Assembly: GCA_031285625.1 (NCBI GenBank)
Contig: JAITVV010000053.1
Coordinates: 35,180-99,179, forward strand
Direction of reading: 5' to 3'
DNA from: Prevotella sp.
GTDB taxonomy: Bacteria > Bacteroidota > Bacteroidia > Bacteroidales > Dysgonomonadaceae
Length of the DNA stretch: 64,000 bases
In this document: positions 56,857 through 64,000 of the stretch, in pieces
How the letters are laid out: every line of letters starts with the position of its first letter
How positions within the stretch are numbered: the stretch's first letter is position 1
The notes under the pieces: model-generated
Databases searched by the model: none
Seen by the model: the letters and a program-made list of their open reading frames with translations, nothing else
What the model was told of the DNA's origin: nothing
Made by a program: the position numbers and the translations under genes

Positions 56857-57279
56857 ATGACCATAAAACAACTTTCAGTTTTCATAGAAAACAAAACAGG
56901 CAGAATAAATGAAGTGACCCGTATACTGGGGCAGAACGGAATAAATATGACAGCCTTTAGCCTGGCCGAAAGCGCTGATTTCGGAATATTGCGTATGGTG
57001 GTGTCCGATGTAGAGTTGGCTAAGCGTGTGCTGAAAGAGGCTCACTTTGGGGTAACAGTAACCGATGTGGTATGTTTTAGCTGCCCTAATACACCCGGAT
57101 CATTGGCTACAGTACTAGAATATCTGGCTAAGGAAAATATTTTTATAGAATATATGTATGCCTTCTCGAAAGGCGATACAGCCAATGTCGTTATTCGTCC
57201 GACAGATGTGAACAGATGTATCGAAATTCTTACATTCTATAAATGTGATCTACTAAACAGAACTAACCTCAGTCAATAG
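56857..57279 (+). CDS. Tandem ACT-domain protein
   Basis: KQLSVFIENKTGR, DFGILRM, NTPGSL and IEYMYAF. Confidence 0.9.
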   Translation: MTIKQLSVFIENKTGRINEVTRILGQNGINMTAFSLAESADFGILRMVVSDVELAKRVLKEAHFGVTVTDVVCFSCPNTPGSLATVLEYLAKENIFIEYMYAFSKGDTANVVIRPTDVNRCIEILTFYKCDLLNRTNLSQ

Positions 57280-57306
57280 TATTGATTTTGGTTGTGACAA
57301 TAATAA

Positions 57307-57338
57307 AAAAGACCTGAAGGTTAAACTTCAGGTCTTTT
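57307..57338. terminator. Bidirectional terminator
   Basis: aaaagacctgaag-gttaaa-cttcaggtctttt, between convergent genes. Confidence 0.85.
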
Positions 57339-57354
57339 CTATCTGATGAATGTT

Positions 57355-59277
57355 CTATTTTTTACTGAATACTCTCAGTTCTTTTTTATGAACAAAGTAT
57401 AAGTTGTAGTTATAGCCATCAACCTTGAATATTGGAGCTGTACCCTCTACAGATACTTTATCAACTTCCTCTCCATCCTCTTTTCTTATTTTCACTATTT
57501 CAGTGCCCTCTTTACCTTTGTTTAGCACAAAAGCGTAATCAGCATTAGCCTGCATGGCGTTTACACGTTGGGTCATTCGTTCTGCGTATCCAGAGTTTGC
57601 CAGTTCTGAAGCGAATGCACCTCCATAGATACTAGCCGCAGCACCCGTCGTGCTGCCTCCCGAAAAAGCAGAAGACATGAGATTGGCCGTTCCTAATTGC
57701 ATTGCAAATTCGCCACCTACTGATGCCGCTATACGTCCAGCCATAGCCCAGTTGCGTTTCTTAGCTCCCGGATCTTTATATGTATTATGATATTTTACAT
57801 TGCCATCAAAGTCTACACCAATAACATCCTCCTCGCCAACAAGTGAAATTCCCCAGTCGAACAATTCTATGTCTGCCATAGTATCATCACTCTTCACATC
57901 TTTCAATCTGGCAAACGATTCATTCTTTTTCTCATCCTTTCCGTTGGGGTCGAAGCGGTAAATTTTCTTGTCATTATAAGCAATGTATATATTTTTTGCT
58001 TTATCAAATTTGAATAGTAAAGGACGATCTCTATTAAATTTCACATCTTTTTTCCACACCTTTTTTCCGGTTGTATAATCTACCATATTTCCGTAAGAAT
58101 CGGAAAGATAGAATACTCTATTGTTATCTATCTTGTTGAGGTGGTAAACCAAATCTTCATCTTTGTCACAGATTTCTACAAATTTTTTCCACTTATTCTG
58201 TCCATCCTTATCTATAAGGTTCATTTCCTTGTCTGCGATATAGAGATAATCGCCATCAATAGGGATTACTTGCTTTATTTTGTTGCCCTTAGCATCTTTT
58301 TTCCATATTTTTTTACCGTCAGAGTAGTTATAGAAATTAAATCCCGATTCGTGAGCTACCAGAACTTTATCACCCGAGTCTTCTATGTAAGATACATATT
58401 TTGTAGTGACATCGTCTTTCCATACCTTCGATCCATCCGATATATTCATCAGGTTTAGGGATACTCTCGACCGTAGAATATTCCCCGATTTGCGTATTCC
58501 AATAAGATGCGTATTTGCATTGTTCACCAGGAATTCCGTTATTTTATCTTCAGATTTCCATGCAATGTCTCCGTTCTCTTTATTTATTCTAAACAGAGCT
58601 CCGCTTATCGTCACAAAGATGTCTTTGTCTGTGGTTTTCACCATGTCGCGTGTCTGATCGCTTGTTCCGAAAACACTCAGAAGCCCTTTTAGGGAACTGA
58701 AAAATGACTCGGTAGGAGAAAGCGCCGAAATCCATTTTTCTTGTTTATTCTTCAGATCATAATATACACAGCTATAATTTTTATCATCAATAACGGTAAG
58801 TAACAACGCATGCTCATCGGGCATATATTCCGACGATAGCAAGCGATAGCCCAACTCGCGCGAGTTGTACAATAATTCGCCTGTAATGATGTCGATAATA
58901 ATGTCAGAATTATTGAGAGTTAATGTAAGATAAGGGCTTCCCGGAATTAATTCTATCAAATTAGCTTTTTTATCCAGAAAAGAAAGAAAGTCTCCACGTT
59001 CTACTGTTTTCAGTGCATTGTCTGCTTTCTGTAGTTTGTCTTTGTTAGTTTTCTTTACTAACTCATCTTCGGTAATTTTCCAATTTAATGCATTTTTATC
59101 AGGATTGTAAGAAGATATGGCCTTGCTGTCCTTTATCAGAACATTACCTGAATACTCGTCGACTAGAATGTTTTGAATATCGTTGTCAAATTTTACAACA
59201 ATGTCGGCTTGTCTCTGAGCCAAGCATATGCCATACGAGCATAAAGTGAGCACAGTTCCAATTAGAATTTTTCTCAT
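57355..59277 (-). CDS. PQQ-like beta-propeller repeat secreted protein
   Basis: Repeated G...W motifs (NGDIAW, DGSKVW, DGKKIW, TGKKVW); signal peptide. Confidence 0.7.
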   Translation of the reverse strand: MRKILIGTVLTLCSYGICLAQRQADIVVKFDNDIQNILVDEYSGNVLIKDSKAISSYNPDKNALNWKITEDELVKKTNKDKLQKADNALKTVERGDFLSFLDKKANLIELIPGSPYLTLTLNNSDIIIDIITGELLYNSRELGYRLLSSEYMPDEHALLLTVIDDKNYSCVYYDLKNKQEKWISALSPTESFFSSLKGLLSVFGTSDQTRDMVKTTDKDIFVTISGALFRINKENGDIAWKSEDKITEFLVNNANTHLIGIRKSGNILRSRVSLNLMNISDGSKVWKDDVTTKYVSYIEDSGDKVLVAHESGFNFYNYSDGKKIWKKDAKGNKIKQVIPIDGDYLYIADKEMNLIDKDGQNKWKKFVEICDKDEDLVYHLNKIDNNRVFYLSDSYGNMVDYTTGKKVWKKDVKFNRDRPLLFKFDKAKNIYIAYNDKKIYRFDPNGKDEKKNESFARLKDVKSDDTMADIELFDWGISLVGEEDVIGVDFDGNVKYHNTYKDPGAKKRNWAMAGRIAASVGGEFAMQLGTANLMSSAFSGGSTTGAAASIYGGAFASELANSGYAERMTQRVNAMQANADYAFVLNKGKEGTEIVKIRKEDGEEVDKVSVEGTAPIFKVDGYNYNLYFVHKKELRVFSKK

Positions 59278-59336
59278 AGTTTAGGAATTTGTTTAAGAAT
59301 AGTTTGCGTTTGCACCTTGTTTTTAGTGTGTGCTTG

Positions 59337-59367
59337 CAAAGATATAATATATATTAATAATAGCAAA
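59337..59367 (-). promoter_or_regulatory. Canonical Bacteroidetes primary-sigma promoter TTTG-N19-TATCTTTG
   Basis: caaagata at 59337-59344 and caaa at 59364-59367. Confidence 0.7.
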
Positions 59368-59756
59368 AATACGATTAATATTATTTAAATATTGATAATA
59401 CATGTATATACAACCTTGTTCTGCTTTTTGTTAAATTTGAAGAGATTGAATTATGTCTCAGTATGGCTATTGAAGTTATAATCAAAGGATAAAATATGTT
59501 GTTTAACATATAAATATCACCCTGAATTTTAAGAGATCCCTGTTAAATTAACATTTAGTAGGAGGTCTCTGTTATTTTTCCTTAAATATGGTTTGTGAGG
59601 AAAATAAATTGAGTGAAAAAGAGGTGAAAAAGAATTAGATTTTGTAAATTCAAGACAATTTTGATTTTGGAGCGGAAAACTGATGTGCAAACATATTTTC
59701 AGTTGGTACTTAGGGAGAGAATATGTTTGTAATTGTCTATCTAAATACTATTTACC

Positions 59757-62240
59757 ATGAAAAAAATTAAAAGTGTTGGTCTACTGATTTGTCTGCTTCT
59801 TGGTTTTGGTTTAACGGTGCATGCTAGTGAAGCTGACTTAGCGATTCCTGATCTCCATGAGGGTACCTTCCACATCTTCGGAAGTGTTATTACTTCATGG
59901 GATTTTTTATTTTACGGTGCTCTGATCATTGCTGGAACATTGGGTTTCAGTTTACTTCTCTTCCAACAGGTAAAGAAACTACCTGCTCACGAATCTATGC
60001 AGAAAGTAGCTGCAACAATTTATACAACTTGCCGTACATACCTGATTCAGCAAGGTAAATTCCTATTGATGTTATTTGCATTGATTGCCCTCGTGCTCTG
60101 CATTTACTTCTTTGGGCTGGTCGGACAAAGCTTCGGCGTAGTTATACAGGTTTTGCTATTCTCCATTGTGGGGATGGCCGGATCATACATTGTTGCATGG
60201 TTTGGTATCAGAGTGAATACCTATGCTAATGCACGTACTGCTTTTGCTTCTCTCAAAGGACGTCCGCTGGATGTTGTTAATATACCGATGAAGGCAGGGA
60301 TGAGCGTTGGGCTCTTCCTTATCTCTCTCGAACTTGTGCTCATGGTAGTTATCCTTCTGTTTGTGCCTCGCGATATAGTTGGAATCTGTTTCCTCGGATT
60401 TGCCATTGGTGAATCTTTAGGGGCCAGTGCCTTGCGTATTGCAGGAGGTATCTTTACCAAGATTGCCGATATAGGTTCCGACCTTATGAAAGTTGTTTTC
60501 AAAGTAAAAGAAGACGACCCTCGTAATCCGGGTGTAATTGCCGACTGTACCGGAGACAATGCCGGCGACAGTGTGGGCCCTACAGCCGATGGTTTTGAAA
60601 CATATGGTGTAACGGGTGTAGCCCTGATTACATTTATCACTTTAGCTGTTCCTGATCCGCATATACAAGCTAAACTGATCGTATGGATATTTGGTATGCG
60701 TTTCTTGATGGACTTTTTATCGGGCTGTGCATTCTTTATCAATCAGGGTATCTCCAAAAAAATGTACGGAGATAAAAAAGAATTTGACTTTGAATCTCCT
60801 TTGATGCGCCTGATTGTGATTGCTGCTATTCTTTGTATATCTGCAAGTTTCTTTATGAGTCATCTGCTGTTAGGTGATATGACAGATACTACATTATGGT
60901 GGAAACTGGCTATAATAATAAGTTGTGGAACACTTGCCGCGGTGTTAATCCCTGAATTTACCAAGTTCTTTACCAGTTCTAAGTCAAAACATGTAAAAGA
61001 GATTGTTACAGCATCCCGTGAAGGTGGTCCGTCCCTGAATATTCTTTCGGGTATTGTAGCCGGTTACTTTGGTGCTTTCTGGACAGGATTGCTTATTGTA
61101 GGCCTTATGACAGTGGCCTTCTTTACTGCCCAAATGGGATTGGATACTATATTAGGCCCTCATGCATCTATCTTTGCATTTGGATTGGTCGCTTTCGGAT
61201 TCTTGTGTATGGGACCGGTAACCATTGCCGTAGACAGTTATGGCCCTGTAACAGATAATGCACAGTCGGTATTTGAATTATCACAGATCGAAGAAATACC
61301 TAATATAAGTGAATCTATTGAAAAAGAATATGGTTTCAAACCTGATTTCCAAAGGGGAAAACATTATCTGGAAGCAAATGACTCTGCCGGAAATACCTTT
61401 AAGGCTACAGCTAAACCTGTATTGATAGGTACTGCTGTGGTAGGGGCTACCACTATGATATTCTCCATTATCTTATTATTGGAAAAAGTGGGATTGTTAC
61501 AACTTTCACTGACTGACGCTCCTGTTCTTCTCGGATTGATTTGTGGTGGTGCGGTTATATTCTGGTTTAGCGGAGCCTCTATGCAGGCGGTTACTACCGG
61601 AGCTTATCGCGCAGTGGAGTTTATAAAGAAGACATTTGACATAAATAAGAAAGAAGCTGATATAGAAGATTCTAAGGCCGTGGTGAAAATTTGTACACAG
61701 TATGCACAAAAGGGTATGTGGAATATCTTTATTGCATTAATATCTCTAACACTTGCATTTGCATTCCTCGACCCTAACTTCTTTGTGGCTTATCTGGTGT
61801 CTATTGCTGTATTCGGATTGTTCCAGGCTATTTATATGGCGAATGCCGGAGGTAGCTGGGATAATGCAAAGAAAGTAGTGGAAGTGGATCTGAAGGAAAA
61901 AAATACACCTTTGCATGAAGCTGCCGTAATAGGTGATACAGTGGGTGACCCATTCAAGGATACCTCATCTGTATCGCTAAACCCTATCATCAAATTCTCT
62001 ACGCTATTCGGACTGTTGGCTACAGAGATCTGTATAGAGATGAGGGCGAATCCAGACAGCGACTATTCAGTGTATATTGCAATACCTTTCCTTATTCTGG
62101 GGCTGATATTTGTATGGCGCTCGTTCTACAGGATGAGGATACCTGAAAATGAAGGCGGTCTTCAAGGTACAGTTCCTATTGTTGAAGGGCCTGTGATTGA
62201 GGTCGTAGAAGAGATTGTAATAGAAGAAAGAAAAGATTAA
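59757..62240 (+). CDS. hppA: Membrane-bound cation-translocating pyrophosphatase
   Basis: GGIFTKIADIGSDL, EDDPRNP, DNAGD, DSYGPVTDNA, GNTFKA and GDTVGDPFKD. Confidence 0.93.
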   Translation: MKKIKSVGLLICLLLGFGLTVHASEADLAIPDLHEGTFHIFGSVITSWDFLFYGALIIAGTLGFSLLLFQQVKKLPAHESMQKVAATIYTTCRTYLIQQGKFLLMLFALIALVLCIYFFGLVGQSFGVVIQVLLFSIVGMAGSYIVAWFGIRVNTYANARTAFASLKGRPLDVVNIPMKAGMSVGLFLISLELVLMVVILLFVPRDIVGICFLGFAIGESLGASALRIAGGIFTKIADIGSDLMKVVFKVKEDDPRNPGVIADCTGDNAGDSVGPTADGFETYGVTGVALITFITLAVPDPHIQAKLIVWIFGMRFLMDFLSGCAFFINQGISKKMYGDKKEFDFESPLMRLIVIAAILCISASFFMSHLLLGDMTDTTLWWKLAIIISCGTLAAVLIPEFTKFFTSSKSKHVKEIVTASREGGPSLNILSGIVAGYFGAFWTGLLIVGLMTVAFFTAQMGLDTILGPHASIFAFGLVAFGFLCMGPVTIAVDSYGPVTDNAQSVFELSQIEEIPNISESIEKEYGFKPDFQRGKHYLEANDSAGNTFKATAKPVLIGTAVVGATTMIFSIILLLEKVGLLQLSLTDAPVLLGLICGGAVIFWFSGASMQAVTTGAYRAVEFIKKTFDINKKEADIEDSKAVVKICTQYAQKGMWNIFIALISLTLAFAFLDPNFFVAYLVSIAVFGLFQAIYMANAGGSWDNAKKVVEVDLKEKNTPLHEAAVIGDTVGDPFKDTSSVSLNPIIKFSTLFGLLATEICIEMRANPDSDYSVYIAIPFLILGLIFVWRSFYRMRIPENEGGLQGTVPIVEGPVIEVVEEIVIEERKD

Positions 62241-62258
62241 AACATTAAAACATTTATA

Positions 62259-62296
62259 AACAAGAGGTAAAGATAACTTTACCTCTTGTTGTTTTA
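62259..62296 (+). terminator. Intrinsic terminator after hppA
   Basis: aacaagaggtaaag-ataa-ctttacctcttgtt followed by a T-rich tail. Confidence 0.8.
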
Positions 62297-62433
62297 TTTA
62301 GGATCAGTTACAAACTTTCCACTATTCGTCATTAAAAAGCTTTTTTTACTATCTGGTCGGGATCATAATATTGGAATCTCCCTTTAAACTAAAAAGATAG
62401 AAAGATTTGTGTGTATTCGATTAGTTTTTTTAT

Positions 62434-62441
62434 TACCTTTG
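62434..62441 (+). promoter_or_regulatory. -7 box TACCTTTG upstream of infC
   Basis: Exact TAnnTTTG match 65 bp before the start codon. Confidence 0.65.
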
Positions 62442-62506
62442 CACCCGGCTTTAATTATAAATAAAAGTATAAATTAAAAAATACAAGGAATTCTAACAGT
62501 TTTTGA

Positions 62507-63127
62507 ATGAGGAACAACAGATTTAATAATCGTAAAGAAGAGTTACATAAAATAAACGGAAATATTCGGGCCAGAGAGGTTCGTTTAGTCGGTGACAATG
62601 TAGAACCGGGAGTTTATTCCATAAATGAAGCATTGCGCTTGGCTGATGATCTTGAACTCGATTTAGTTGAAATCTCCCCGACAGCAGAACCACCTGTCTG
62701 TAGAATAACTGATTATCAGAAATTCCTTTATCAGCAAAAAAAGAAACAGAAAGAAGCTAAAGCTAAATCAGTGAAAGTGGTTGTAAAAGAAATACGTTTC
62801 GGACCGCAAACTGATGATCATGACTTTAACTTTAAGCTGAAACACGCCAAAAGTTTCCTTGAAGAAGGTTCTAAGGTTAAGGCTTTTGTATTCTTTAAAG
62901 GACGCTCTATCCTGTTTAAGGAACAAGGTGAAGTGTTGTTGCTTCGGTTTGCTACCGAGTTGGAAGACTACGGAAAAGTAGACCAGTTGCCTGCACTTGA
63001 AGGTAAAAAGATGATTATGATGATGTCTCCTAAGAAAACTCCGGTAAAAGCAGCTGCCAAGCCGAAGGATGTGGAGAAAAAGGTAAAAGTGGAAAAACCA
63101 CAGGAGCCTAAGAAAGAGGAAGAATAA
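62507..63127 (+). CDS. infC: Translation initiation factor IF-3
   Basis: [25 protein letters not shown] and KEIRF. Confidence 0.97.
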   Translation: MRNNRFNNRKEELHKINGNIRAREVRLVGDNVEPGVYSINEALRLADDLELDLVEISPTAEPPVCRITDYQKFLYQQKKKQKEAKAKSVKVVVKEIRFGPQTDDHDFNFKLKHAKSFLEEGSKVKAFVFFKGRSILFKEQGEVLLLRFATELEDYGKVDQLPALEGKKMIMMMSPKKTPVKAAAKPKDVEKKVKVEKPQEPKKEEE

Positions 63128-63174
63128 ACAATTATATAAATTGTATTCGTTAATAATTTAATTAATAAACTGAG

Positions 63175-63372
63175 ATGCCAAAAAAGAAGACTAATTCCGG
63201 TGCCAAAAAGAGGTTCGCCCTTACCGGATCAGGAAAAATCAAAAGAAAACATGCTTTCAAAAGTCACATCCTGACTAAGAAAACGAAAAAACAAAAGAGA
63301 AATCTTACTCACTCTTCACTTGTTCACAAAGTAGACGAGAAAGCGGTGAAAAAATTATTAGCTCTTAAATAA
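63175..63372 (+). CDS. rpmI: 50S ribosomal protein L35
   Basis: MPK.KT.SGAKKRF..TGSGK...HILTKK. Confidence 0.97.
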   Translation: MPKKKTNSGAKKRFALTGSGKIKRKHAFKSHILTKKTKKQKRNLTHSSLVHKVDEKAVKKLLALK

Positions 63373-63478
63373 TCTATTTCGTTTTACAAAAGCAAGTTTT
63401 AAAGATTTATTAACCGGATGTATGCACCAAAGAGTTCCCAAACGAAGGGAGCCGCTGACATTCAAAACAATGTAAATT

Positions 63479-63823
63479 ATGCCAAGATCAGTCAATCATG
63501 TTGCTTCGCGCAACCGCAGAAAAAAAGTACTAAAACTAACAAGAGGTTATTATGGAGCCCGCAAAAATGTGTGGACAGTAGCCAAAAACACATGGGAAAA
63601 AGGTCTTACCTATGCATTCCGTGACCGTCGTGCTAAAAAACGCAACTTCCGCGCACTGTGGATACAACGTATCAACGCTGCTGCACGCCTTGAAGGAATG
63701 TCTTATTCCCGCCTGATGGGAGCTCTTCACAAAAACGGAGTGGAAATCAATCGCAAAGTTCTTGCCGACCTTGCTATGAACCATCCTGAAGCGTTCAAAG
63801 CAATTGTAGATAAAGTAAAATAA
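63479..63823 (+). CDS. rplT: 50S ribosomal protein L20
   Basis: [17 protein letters not shown] and NRKVLADLA. Confidence 0.97.
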   Translation: MPRSVNHVASRNRRKKVLKLTRGYYGARKNVWTVAKNTWEKGLTYAFRDRRAKKRNFRALWIQRINAAARLEGMSYSRLMGALHKNGVEINRKVLADLAMNHPEAFKAIVDKVK

Positions 63824-63841
63824 ATCACTTTACTATATAAG

Positions 63842-63873
63842 AAAGACCTGACAAAATTGTCCGGTCTTTTTTT
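63842..63873 (+). terminator. Intrinsic terminator after rplT
   Basis: aaagacc-t-gacaa...ttgtc-c-ggtcttt followed by a T tract. Confidence 0.8.
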
Positions 63874-64000
63874 ATTTAATCCGGATAATAATTTCTTGAA
63901 ATTCTTATATCTAATTGTTAAAAAAGAGATACATTTGTTCACCTTATGATTTATTTAAATGTATTACTAAAAACAAATGCCATGAAACGTATCTTTTTAA

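Noticed and set aside
59337-59400. TTAA units near the beta-propeller promoter as a sixth regulator site
   Set aside because: The gap to the -7 box is 9 bp rather than 11, the phasing is irregular, and the promoter already has a canonical -33 box.
62507-62509. Non-canonical infC start codon
   Set aside because: An in-frame ATG gives a normal-length IF-3, so there is no evidence for an AUU-type start here.
63982-64000. Start of a further gene (MKRIFL...)
   Set aside because: Only six codons are inside the window, too few to annotate.

Overview
Bacteroidales chromosome segment. The gene content and style suggest a Dysgonomonas-like organism, but this is inferred and not established. About 0.8-44.6 kb is one large polysaccharide utilization locus (PUL). 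It holds SusC/SusD/DUF3823, a membrane-anchored Kelch-sensor SARP-like regulator, three GH3, three GH43, two GH71/99-like, GH92, GH31, GH35, GH95, DUF5703, GH2, a beta-helix protein, a two-domain esterase and a ceramidase-like protein. Next come AraC/NTF2 genes and an aryl-acid cluster (amidohydrolase, iorAB, aminotransferase, paaK, ACT) interrupted by GH92, ankyrin and Imm11-like genes. The window ends with a beta-propeller protein, a membrane pyrophosphatase and infC-rpmI-rplT. The main non-coding signals are: (1) 15 TGTC-tagged REP-like doublets whose arms covary as single-strand hairpins with tandem GA mismatches and GNA loops; (2) a 28-bp hairpin inserted at the same position in two of these doublets; (3) five PUL promoters with a ~12-bp-phased TTAA array exactly 11 bp from a -7-like box; (4) a duplicated REP+leader unit flanking an orphan immunity-like gene. 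No transposase, integrase, cas, rRNA or tRNA gene was seen.
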